A DNA stretch of 64,000 nucleotides from Mycobacteriales bacterium (GTDB lineage Bacteria > Actinomycetota > Actinomycetes > Mycobacteriales > SCTD01), in contig JBKJQN010000082.1 in NCBI GenBank assembly GCA_046593925.1, forward strand, positions 126 through 64,125, written 5' to 3'. The notes under the pieces were generated by a model. The model did not search any database, was not told the origin of the DNA, and was given only the letters and a program-made list of their open reading frames with translations. Shown in pieces: positions 7,449-14,941 of this stretch (the first letter of the stretch is position 1; each line of letters begins with the position of its first letter). The translations under genes were made by a program, and so were the position numbers.

Positions 7449-8873
7449 GTGGCCGTGTCAGACATCCCCCGCCGCGCCGTCACCCGGTCCGCCAAGCTCG
7501 CCACCCTCCCGCTAGGCGTGGCGGGGCGGGCGACCTGGGGTCTGGGCAAGCGGCTCGGCGGCAAGCCGGCCGAAGCCGTGGCGCTGGAGCTGCAGCAGCG
7601 CACCGCCGAGCAGCTTTTCCAGGTGCTCGGGCAGCTCAAGGGCGGCGCCATGAAGTTCGGTCAGGCGCTGTCCGTCTTCGAGGCGGCCCTGCCCGAGGAC
7701 ATCGCCGGCCCGTACCGCGCCGCCCTCACCAAGTTGCAGGAGGCGGCGCCGCCGCTGCCGGTGGCCAGTGTGCACAGGGTGCTGGCGCGCGAGGTGGGGG
7801 CCGACTGGCGCGGCCGCTTCCGCAGTTTCGACGACGTCCCCGCAGCCGCGGCGAGCATCGGGCAGGTCCATCGGGCCGTCTGGGCCGATGGCCGACGGGT
7901 AGCTGTCAAGATTCAGTACCCGGGAGCCGGCCCCGCCCTGCTCGGCGACCTGAAGCAGCTCGGGCGGCTGGCGCGGATGTTCTCGGCGTTGACGCCGGGG
8001 CTCGACGTGAAGCCACTGCTGGCCGAGCTGACCAAGCGCGTCACCGAGGAGCTCGACTACCGCCTCGAGGCCGAGGCCCAGGCGACCTTTGCCCTGGCCT
8101 ACGACGGCGATCCCGAGATCAAGGTGCCCGCCGTGGTCGCCGGGACCGAGCGGGTGCTGGTCACGGAGTGGATGGACGGCACCCCGCTGTCGGCCATCAT
8201 CCGGGACGGCTCGACCGCCCAGCGCGACCGCGCGGCGCGGCTGCTCGCGCGGTTCCTGTTCAGCGGCCCGGTGCTCGCGGGGCTGCTCCATGCCGACCCG
8301 CACCCGGGCAACTTCCGGCTGCTGCCCGACGGCCGGCTCGGGGTCATCGACTTCGGGGCGGTCGACCGGCTGCCCGACGGCTCTCCCGAGCCGATCGGCC
8401 GGCTCGCCCGGCTGGCACTCGCCGGCGAGGCGCAGGCCGTCCTCGACGCCCTGCGCGCCGAGGGCTTCGTCAAGCCCGGTATCGACGTCGATGCCCAGCA
8501 GGTACTCGACTACCTGCTGCCGCTGCTGGAGCCGGTGGCGGTGCCGCGCTTCCGGTTCACCCGCGAGTGGCTGCGACACCAGGCCGTACGGCTGGGCGAC
8601 CCGCGCTCACCGGCCGCGCAGCTCGGCCGGATGCTCAACCTGCCACCGTCGTACCTGCTCATCCACCGCGTCACGCTCGGCACGATCGGGGTGCTGTCCC
8701 AGCTCAACGGCGAGGCGGCGTTCCGGGAGGAGATGGCCCGCTGGCAGCCTGGGTTCGCCCAGCCGGGCAGCGACCTCGCAGCCGAGGCGGCCGCGGCCGA
8801 CGCCCGCCGGGTTGACACCCCGGAGCCCGTACCGACCCCCCAGGCGGCTCTCGTGTCGCCGCCGACGGGCTGA
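7449..8873 (+). CDS. ABC1/UbiB-family atypical kinase
   Basis: The 474-aa ORF has KGGAMKFGQALS, AAASIGQVHRA, VAVKIQYPG and HADPHPGNF. Confidence 0.9.
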   Translation: MAVSDIPRRAVTRSAKLATLPLGVAGRATWGLGKRLGGKPAEAVALELQQRTAEQLFQVLGQLKGGAMKFGQALSVFEAALPEDIAGPYRAALTKLQEAAPPLPVASVHRVLAREVGADWRGRFRSFDDVPAAAASIGQVHRAVWADGRRVAVKIQYPGAGPALLGDLKQLGRLARMFSALTPGLDVKPLLAELTKRVTEELDYRLEAEAQATFALAYDGDPEIKVPAVVAGTERVLVTEWMDGTPLSAIIRDGSTAQRDRAARLLARFLFSGPVLAGLLHADPHPGNFRLLPDGRLGVIDFGAVDRLPDGSPEPIGRLARLALAGEAQAVLDALRAEGFVKPGIDVDAQQVLDYLLPLLEPVAVPRFRFTREWLRHQAVRLGDPRSPAAQLGRMLNLPPSYLLIHRVTLGTIGVLSQLNGEAAFREEMARWQPGFAQPGSDLAAEAAAADARRVDTPEPVPTPQAALVSPPTG

Positions 8874-8877
8874 CCGG

Positions 8878-9048
8878 TCACCACCAGGCTTCGTCGAGTC
8901 GTCCTTCGATGGAGCGAACGTTCTGTCGGGTGCAGGCCGCGCACAGCCACCGGTCCCCGCCTTGAGCAGTCACCTGCATCGACCAGGTGAGCGGCCGGTC
9001 CTGGACCGTCTCGCCGCAGCCGCCGCAGGTTGCGGGGTTCTCCTTCAC
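8878..9048 (-). CDS. small CxxC...CxxC zinc-ribbon protein (56 aa; not in ORF track because under 60 aa)
   Basis: The product is VKENPATCGGCGETVQDRPLTWSMQVTAQGGDRWLCAACTRQNVRSIEGRLDEAWW. Its GTG overlaps the upstream gene's TGA (GTGA at 9048-9045). The C-terminal IEGRLD..WW resembles a conserved actinobacterial small protein I recall. Confidence 0.55.
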   Translation of the reverse strand: MKENPATCGGCGETVQDRPLTWSMQVTAQGGDRWLCAACTRQNVRSIEGRLDEAWW

Positions 9049-9413
9049 CGCCGGCCGGCCGGCCCCTCGTCGAGGTCGGCGAGCGCCGCCCGCAGCAGTT
9101 GCAGACCGCTCTGGGCCAGTGCGTGGGCCTGCTCCGGCTCCAGCTCGACCTCCATCGCAGCCCCGACGGCGCCTTCGCCGTAGCCGACGGCGGCGACCAC
9201 GGCGCTGCGTTCGGCCGCGGGCAGCGCCGCCAGGGCGCGTTCGAGCCGGTCGACCAGCTCAGCCTCCGACACGGCGGGGGTCTGGTCGCGGACCGCGTCC
9301 ACGACGTGCGGTGGGACGGGCCGGCAGCGGGGCGGTCGGTCGGCGGTCACGCAGCTCCAGACGGGTTCGGTGGCATCCGGTGGTGGGCTGACCGGGGCCG
9401 GGTCGGCCAACAC
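9045..9413 (-). CDS. sigma-70 region-4-like helix-turn-helix protein (start uncertain)
   Basis: LERALAALPAAERSAVVAAVGYGEGAVGAAMEVELEPEQAHALAQSGLQLL resembles sigma region 4. The first codon of the track ORF lies inside a 12-bp hairpin, so downstream GTG starts are likely. Confidence 0.5.
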   Translation of the reverse strand: MLADPAPVSPPPDATEPVWSCVTADRPPRCRPVPPHVVDAVRDQTPAVSEAELVDRLERALAALPAAERSAVVAAVGYGEGAVGAAMEVELEPEQAHALAQSGLQLLRAALADLDEGPAGRR

Positions 9414-9448
9414 GAGAGCCGCCCCAGTTTCCCGGAGCGGCTCTCGTG
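9411..9448 (-). terminator. perfect 12-bp inverted repeat hairpin (putative terminator of the upstream gene)
   Basis: cacgagagccgc (9411-9422) and gcggctctcgtg (9437-9448) flank a 14-nt loop. Confidence 0.4.
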
Positions 9449-9593
9449 TGCCTTCCCGTCAGGTCGCCTCACGGCGGTGCGTCGCTCATGGCGACTGATT
9501 TGGGACCGGGGGCCATGTATCGGGTCGGCACGCCATTGAACCTCATCCGCGAGCTACCGATTCCCCCATCCGGGGACTGGAGCCCGCCACCGG

Positions 9594-10364
9594 CTACTCG
9601 CGGGCCGGCTGCTCAGCGCCCGGGCGGGTCGGGTCCGGCGGGACCGCCGGGGCCTCGGATGACCCGGGCGTCGGCACGGGCCCGTTGCCCGACACGGCCG
9701 ATGGCGCGGGGGCGTCGTGCGCCGGACCGGATGCGGGGCCGGGCGACGGCGTTGGGCCGGCATCCGGCGCAACGGACGGCGAAGAGGCGTCGGTCGACCC
9801 GGAGGCGTGCTCCGGCGACCGGGTAGCCGCGTCAGCCGGGCCTGAAGCAGACCCGGGGGCGGCCGGGCCAGCAGCGGGGTCGGGCGCGGGGTCGGGCGCG
9901 GGGTCGGACGCGGGGGCGGGCTCGGACACAGGGGCGCCGTCGTGCCGTTCGCCGGCCGGTCGTTCCGGGCGGTCGCCGCGACCACGCCCGCGGCGCTTGC
10001 CCGGTCGGGTGCCGGGCTCACCCGGGCGTTCGGGCCGCTCGGCCCGGTCAGGCCGCTCGGGCCGCTCGGCGCGCTGCTGCGAGCCATCAGGGCGCGGCTG
10101 TCCTCCCATGTCCATGGCCCCGGCCAGGGTGTACTCGTGCATCAGCAGCTCCAGCCCGGGCTGATCCTCTACCGGGGCAGTCGCCGCCTTGGCCTCGGCC
10201 AGCGAGCGCAGCTGCGCGAGACGCGCCCGCCGGCGGCCGTGGGCATCGTGCGGGTGGGTGAGCAGCACGGCGTGAGCGGCGCAGCAGGCGGTGCCCCCGA
10301 CGGCCGTCACCGCGTCGCGTAGAAGGGCGAGGTCGGTGACGCAGGGAGCGCAGTACGTGGTCAT
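9594..10364 (-). CDS. hypothetical protein, Cys-rich N-terminus plus disordered Pro/Arg/Glu/Asp repeat region
   Basis: The 256-aa ORF has MTTYCAPCVTD...GGTACCAAHAV, then ERPERPDRAERPERP and PAPDPAPDPAPDP repeats. The latter are encoded by a 12-nt tandem repeat at 9874-9921. Confidence 0.6.
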   Translation of the reverse strand: MTTYCAPCVTDLALLRDAVTAVGGTACCAAHAVLLTHPHDAHGRRRARLAQLRSLAEAKAATAPVEDQPGLELLMHEYTLAGAMDMGGQPRPDGSQQRAERPERPDRAERPERPGEPGTRPGKRRGRGRGDRPERPAGERHDGAPVSEPAPASDPAPDPAPDPAAGPAAPGSASGPADAATRSPEHASGSTDASSPSVAPDAGPTPSPGPASGPAHDAPAPSAVSGNGPVPTPGSSEAPAVPPDPTRPGAEQPARE

Positions 10365-10388
10365 GGCGCCACACGCTACGGCCTGCCC

Positions 10389-10682
10389 TCAACGCCTCAG
10401 GCGTACGGCCGCGAGCAGCCCGGCCAGCAGCAGCGGTGGCAGCACGAGCAGGTCGGCCTGGGTGACGCCGTGCCGCTGTGCCAGCACCAGCAGGACCCGA
10501 CCCTCGACGGGGGAGTTCACCAGCAGCCACGCCGCCGACAACGCGACCAGCTGCAGCACATGGCGCAGCATCGTGCCCCGGGTTCCGGTGTCGGCAGCCA
10601 GCGCCACCAGCGCCGACCCGACGGCGATCACGAGCGAGACCGCGACGACCAGAGCGAGGGCTCGGGCGAGCGGCTCAGCCAC
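10389..10682 (-). CDS. small integral membrane protein
   Basis: The 97-aa ORF has high GC3 and three hydrophobic segments (ALALVVAVSLVIAVGSALVALAA, LQLVALSAAWLLV, LLVLPPLLLAGLLAAV). Confidence 0.6.
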   Translation of the reverse strand: MAEPLARALALVVAVSLVIAVGSALVALAADTGTRGTMLRHVLQLVALSAAWLLVNSPVEGRVLLVLAQRHGVTQADLLVLPPLLLAGLLAAVRLRR

Positions 10683-10854
10683 GGGCGGTCAACGCTGATG
10701 CGGGTGCGTCCATACCTGCAGTGTCCGGCAGGTCGGGGGCAGCAGGGACGGGGGTCCTAGGACGGGGGTCCGATGGCCGCCAGACCTCGAGCCGGCAGAT
10801 GGTGCAGGAGCTCCGGGCGATTGCCCGGGCACCGTCCCGTACCGGAGGAACGCC

Positions 10855-11262
10855 ATGCCCACCGCCCGTTTGTACGCCGCTCTCGCCCTGCCCCTCGCCC
10901 TGGCCGCCGTCGGCGCGGCTGCCGGACCCGCCGCTGCCTCAGGTGGCAGCGGGGGCGGCGGCGTCCGCGCCGCCGGTCCGTGCAGCGCCGCCAGTGACTG
11001 GAAGCTCAAGGCCAAGGCCGACAACGGCCGCCTGGAGGTCGAGCTGCAGGTCGACAGCAACAAGGTCGGCCAGCGCTGGTCCTGGCAGTTGTCCGACAAC
11101 GGCGCCCACGTCGCCCGCGGCATGTCGACAACGACCGCGCCCAGCGGGTCGTTCTCGGTCGCGCGGCGCATCCCCAACACCGCAGGCAAGGACGTCATCT
11201 CCTTCACCGCCCGGCAGGCCGCGACGGGTGAGAGCTGCCGCGGCGCCGTCACCGTCGGCTGA
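10855..11262 (+). CDS. secreted hypothetical protein
   Basis: It has a signal peptide (MPTARLYAALALPLALAAVGAAAGPAAA) followed by a non-repetitive 100-aa domain with two Cys. Confidence 0.65.
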   Translation: MPTARLYAALALPLALAAVGAAAGPAAASGGSGGGGVRAAGPCSAASDWKLKAKADNGRLEVELQVDSNKVGQRWSWQLSDNGAHVARGMSTTTAPSGSFSVARRIPNTAGKDVISFTARQAATGESCRGAVTVG

Positions 11263-11373
11263 GCCGTAGCGGATCGTGGCCGGCTCAGCCGCGGCCCCCT
11301 GCCCCAGGGTCAGCGGGACCGAGGGCCCGTCCGCCGCGGCCCAGCGCGCCCTGTCGCCGCTGCGGCCCGGACC

Positions 11374-11508
11374 AGCCTGGAGCAGCTGCCCGGCATCGGG
11401 CCGTTCTCCTCGGCCATCGTCGTCGTCCGCGCGCTCGGCCACACCGACAACCTGGCCGGGCCGGTCACCGAGCACCGTCGTCGACCGGCCGACGAGGCCG
11501 CTACCTGA
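11374..11508 (+). pseudogene. HhH-GPD (AlkA-type DNA glycosylase) C-terminal relic
   Basis: SLEQLPGIGPFSSAIVVVRALGHTDNLAGPVTEH matches the LPGIGPWTA hairpin-helix motif region. The frame is open from 11263 but has no start codon and no N-terminal domain. Confidence 0.45.
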
Positions 11509-11668
11509 TGGCCGCGCGGGCCTGCCGGGCGCGACGGGCCGAGGCAGCGGCCCGCCGTTCCCACTTCCTCGCAGACGCGACACGCGCGGCCAGGTTGTCG
11601 GCCTTGGCCTGGCGTTGCCGCTCCGAGAGGTCGCTGCGCATCAGCTGTTCAGCAAGGGCTGCGTACAT
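11501..11668 (-). CDS. small Arg/Ala-rich helical protein (55 aa; not in track as a separate ORF)
   Basis: ATG at 11668 is preceded by AGGAG with 7-nt spacing. The product is MYAALAEQLMRSDLSERQRQAKADNLAARVASARKWERRAAASARRARQARAAIR. It lies 48 bp downstream of whiB7. Confidence 0.5.
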   Translation of the reverse strand: MYAALAEQLMRSDLSERQRQAKADNLAARVASARKWERRAAASARRARQARAAIR

Positions 11669-11715
11669 GGTGGTGCTCCTGATGTAGTCGGTGTGGATCC
11701 GGGTGGTGGTCGTAC

Positions 11716-11988
11716 TCACGCGGCGAGGGCGTCCTTGCGTGGGCGGCCGCGCGGGCGCTTGCGCGCCACGACGACGCCCATGACGACCAGCTGGCCACCC
11801 CAGACGCCCCACGGCTCGCGCCGCTCGAGGGCGCCCGCGAGGCAGGCGTCGCGCAGCGGGCAGGGCAGGCAGAGCGCCTTGGCGGCCTCCACGTCGGCAG
11901 GCCGTTCGGCGAACCACAGGTCGGGGGACTCACCCCGGCAGGGCAGCTCGTCGTTGAGCTCTGCCTGCGTGGCGAGGGCAGTGGTCAT
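11716..11988 (-). CDS. whiB7: WhiB7-type WhiB-family transcriptional regulator
   Basis: It has four Cys (C..CLPCPLRDAC), an EPWGVWGG turn and a C-terminal AT-hook RKRPRGRPRK. It lies downstream of uvrD2, as in mycobacteria. Confidence 0.9.
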   Translation of the reverse strand: MTTALATQAELNDELPCRGESPDLWFAERPADVEAAKALCLPCPLRDACLAGALERREPWGVWGGQLVVMGVVVARKRPRGRPRKDALAA

Positions 11989-12081
11989 GCGGGGTGTCGC
12001 CTCCTCGGGACACGGCCAGGGGTGCGGCCGCGAGGTACGGGTGGGTCGGGGGCCGGGTGTGGCCAGGTGGACCGGAGGTCA

Positions 12082-12129
12082 GGAAAAGCAGAGAGGCCGC
12101 GGATCCCGGTGTACGGGGTCCGCGGCCTC
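12082..12129 (-). terminator. intrinsic terminator (attenuator) in the whiB7 leader
   Basis: The minus-strand RNA is GAGGCCGCGGACCCCG-UACAC-CGGGAUCCGCGGCCUC, 15 of 16 bp paired, followed by UCUGCUUUUCCU. Confidence 0.7.
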
Positions 12130-12150
12130 GAGGTGCGCGCTGGTCTGGGA

Positions 12151-12354
12151 TCAGACCGGGGCGCCTCGAGGAGGCAGATCCGTGACGTCGGTGCGGTCGT
12201 GGAAGGACAGACCGCTCCCGTGCTCGGCCGGGAGGGGCGCGATGAGAGACGCGCTGACGCGACGCGTCGCGGACAGAGGGATAACCCACATGATGTTGGT
12301 CGTCACGGGGGCCACCTCCTCCTGCTCTCTGCGCGGCAACTGCCGTGCGTTCAT
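12151..12354 (-). CDS. whiB7 leader uORF (67 codons), apparently leaderless
   Basis: This is track ORF 12151..12354. Its ATG lies 6 nt after the putative -10 hexamer. Its last codons cover one copy of the CCUCGAGG palindrome that can pair with the terminator's 5' arm. Confidence 0.5.
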   Translation of the reverse strand: MNARQLPRREQEEVAPVTTNIMWVIPLSATRRVSASLIAPLPAEHGSGLSFHDRTDVTDLPPRGAPV

Positions 12355-12359
12355 CGGCG

Positions 12360-12397
12360 AGGGTAGAGAACCCCACCGGACCGTGCAAGGGGTTATT
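12360..12397 (-). promoter_or_regulatory. whiB7 promoter: AT-rich box, TTGCAC-17 bp-TACCCT
   Basis: On the minus strand, AATAA is at 12397-12393, TTGCAC at 12388-12383 and TACCCT at 12365-12360. An AT-rich box just upstream of -35 is the known WhiB7 autoregulation signature. Confidence 0.55.
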
Positions 12398-14582
12398 GCG
12401 TACCGGGTTGTTGCGGCACGATCCCGGCGCCCGCGCCGACCAGCATCAGGACGGCCTCACCAAACTTATCGAGCTTGGCCTGCCCGATGCCGGGGATCGC
12501 GACCAGCGCGGCGACCGTGCCCGGCCGCTGCTCGGCGATCGCCGCGAGGGTGGCGTCGGTGAACACGCAGTACGCAGGCTGCTTCAGCTCTTTCGCCCGG
12601 CCGGCACGCCAGTCGCGCAGCGCCTCGAACAACGCCTCGTCGCGGTCCGCGGGGCAGCCGGGGCACCGGCCCAGTTTGCGGTCGGCGGCGGCGACCAGCC
12701 CGGCACCACAGACCCGGCAGGTCGTGGGCGGCGCCGCCTTCCGGCCGGTACGCGCGGTCGGGCCACCGGCCGAGCGCGTCGCGGTCGACCCCAGCAGGCC
12801 GTCGAGGAAGCGCGAGGGCCGGCGCGAGGCGCGACCACCGGGCGAGCGGGCCAGCGCCCAGCTCAGCGACAGGTGCTCGCGGGCCCGGGTGATGCCGACG
12901 TAGAGCAGCCGGCGTTCCTCCTCGACCTGCTCCGGGGTGTCGGCGTGCACCAGCGGCAGGGTGCCGTCGACGAGCCCCACCAGGAAGACCGCGTCCCACT
13001 CCAACCCCTTGGCGGCGTGCAGCGACGCCAGCGTCACGCCGTCCACGGTCGGGGCGTGCTGGGCCGCGGCCCGTTCCTCGAGCTCGGCGACGAGCTCGCG
13101 CAGCCCGGCGGCCGGGTCGCCGCCGGCGACGTCACCGGCAAGCCGGTGCAGGGCCGCGAGGGACTCCCAGCGCTCCCGGGTCGCTCCGGCGCCGGGCGGC
13201 GGCGCCGCTGCCTGCCAGGACATTCCGGCCCGCAGCACGTCTGCGACCGCGAAGGCAAGCCCGGCGGGAGCATCGGTGTCGGCGGCGCGGGCCGCCCCCC
13301 GCAGCAGCAGGGTGGCTTCGCGTACTTCGGTACGGTCGAAGAAGCGCTCGCCGCCGCGTACCAGGTAGGGCACACCGGCGTCGGCGAGCGCCGTCTCGTA
13401 TGCCGCGGACTGCGCGTTGATGCGGTAGAGCACCGCAATCTCGCTCGCAGGGGTGCCGCCGTCGACCAGGGCACGGCAGCGGGCCGCGACCGCGGCGGCT
13501 TCAGCGGGCTCGTCGAGGTGCTCGGCCATCGCCGGCGCCGGTCCGGCCGGCCGCTGAGCGACGAGCTCGAGGCGGGCGGCCCGCACGGTGGCCCGGGCGA
13601 TGACGGCGTTCGCGAGGCCGACGACCTGTGGAGTGGAACGGTAGTCACGGACCAGCCGCACCTCGGTCGCACCGGGGTGGCGGGCCTGGAAACCGACCAG
13701 GAACTCCGGCGTGGCGCCGGTGAAGGAGTAGATGGTCTGGTTGACGTCGCCGACGACACACAGGTCGCTGCGGCCACCGAGCCAGGCGTCGAGCAGCCTT
13801 TGCTGGAGTGGCGTCACGTCCTGGTACTCGTCCACGACGAACGAGCGGTAGCGCGACCGAAACTCCGCGGCCACGTCGGCGTGCTCCTCGAGCACCGCGG
13901 CGGTCAGCAGCAGCAGGTCGTCGAAGTCCGCCACGCCCTGCGCCTGTTTCAGGTCCTTGAACGCGCCGTAGACCTGCGCCACCACCGACGGGTCGTACGG
14001 CGGGGTGCGGCCGGCCTTGCCGGCCGCCGCCGGGTAGTCGTCGGGCCCGACCAGCGTGCTGGCCGCCCACTCCAGCTCCGACAGCAGGTCGCGCAGCTCG
14101 GAGGTGCCGGGGCGCAGCCGGGCCCTGGCCGCAGCGTTGGCGACCAGGCCGAACTTGTTGGTCAGCAGGGTCGGCGGGGCTCCACCGACGACCTTGGGCC
14201 AGAAGTAGCCGAGTTGCTTCATCGCGGCCGAGTGGAAGGTGCGGGCCTGCACCCCGCCGACGCCGAGCCCGCGCAGCCGGGTCCGCATCTCGCCCGCCGC
14301 GCGCGCCGTGAAGGTCACCGCCAACAGCGCGCTCGGCGGCACGGCCCCCGATGCGACGGCATACGCAGCCCGGTGCGTGATCGTCCGGGTCTTGCCGGTA
14401 CCTGCGCCCGCCAGGATGCAGACCGGCCCGCTGACCGACTGTGCGGCCTCCCGCTGCTCGGGGTCGAGGGCGTCGAGCAGCTGGTCCGGTGTCACCCGGG
14501 CAGTCTCCCAGGCCGCCGCCGCGGGAACGCGCCGGACCCGCCGCCTGTTGACGACGACGCGGCCGGCACCGAAGCCCCGCAT
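12393..14582 (-). CDS. uvrD2: ATP-dependent DNA helicase UvrD2 (SF1 helicase, tetra-Cys and HRDC domains)
   Basis: The 729-aa ORF has AGAGTGKT, VDEYQD, the cysteines CRVCG...CPGCP, and a C-terminal HRDC-like LRDWRAGRAKELKQPAYCVFTDATLAAIA. Confidence 0.9.
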   Translation of the reverse strand: MRGFGAGRVVVNRRRVRRVPAAAAWETARVTPDQLLDALDPEQREAAQSVSGPVCILAGAGTGKTRTITHRAAYAVASGAVPPSALLAVTFTARAAGEMRTRLRGLGVGGVQARTFHSAAMKQLGYFWPKVVGGAPPTLLTNKFGLVANAAARARLRPGTSELRDLLSELEWAASTLVGPDDYPAAAGKAGRTPPYDPSVVAQVYGAFKDLKQAQGVADFDDLLLLTAAVLEEHADVAAEFRSRYRSFVVDEYQDVTPLQQRLLDAWLGGRSDLCVVGDVNQTIYSFTGATPEFLVGFQARHPGATEVRLVRDYRSTPQVVGLANAVIARATVRAARLELVAQRPAGPAPAMAEHLDEPAEAAAVAARCRALVDGGTPASEIAVLYRINAQSAAYETALADAGVPYLVRGGERFFDRTEVREATLLLRGAARAADTDAPAGLAFAVADVLRAGMSWQAAAPPPGAGATRERWESLAALHRLAGDVAGGDPAAGLRELVAELEERAAAQHAPTVDGVTLASLHAAKGLEWDAVFLVGLVDGTLPLVHADTPEQVEEERRLLYVGITRAREHLSLSWALARSPGGRASRRPSRFLDGLLGSTATRSAGGPTARTGRKAAPPTTCRVCGAGLVAAADRKLGRCPGCPADRDEALFEALRDWRAGRAKELKQPAYCVFTDATLAAIAEQRPGTVAALVAIPGIGQAKLDKFGEAVLMLVGAGAGIVPQQPGTQ

Positions 14583-14602
14583 CGCCTGACCCTGGAGCCC
14601 GC

Positions 14603-14860
14603 GTGACCGCCGAGACGACGAACGCCGCGATGACGATCTACAGCACCCCGTGGTGCGGGTACTGCCACCGGCTGATGAAGCAGCTGGACCGCGAGGGTGT
14701 CGGGTACGACGTCATCGACATCGAGCAGGTCCCGTCGGCGGCCGACTACGTGATGAGCGTCAACGGCGGCAACCAGACCGTGCCGACCGTGGTGTTCGCC
14801 AACGGCACCGCCCTGACCAACCCGAGCCTGGCGCAGGTCAAGGCCCAGCTCGCTGCCTGA
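14603..14860 (+). CDS. mycoredoxin / glutaredoxin-like protein
   Basis: The product is MTIYSTPWCGYCHRLMKQLDREGVGYDVIDIE...NGGNQTVPTVVFANGTALTNPS, containing the CGYC active site. The start is GTG 14603 or ATG 14630. Confidence 0.9.
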   Translation: MTAETTNAAMTIYSTPWCGYCHRLMKQLDREGVGYDVIDIEQVPSAADYVMSVNGGNQTVPTVVFANGTALTNPSLAQVKAQLAA

Positions 14861-14941
14861 TCGCCCGCTCCGCAGGGTGTGCCCGTGGTCGCCCTGGGGG
14901 ACACTGGCCGGACCAACGGCCCCTTGTGAAAGCAGCCCTAC

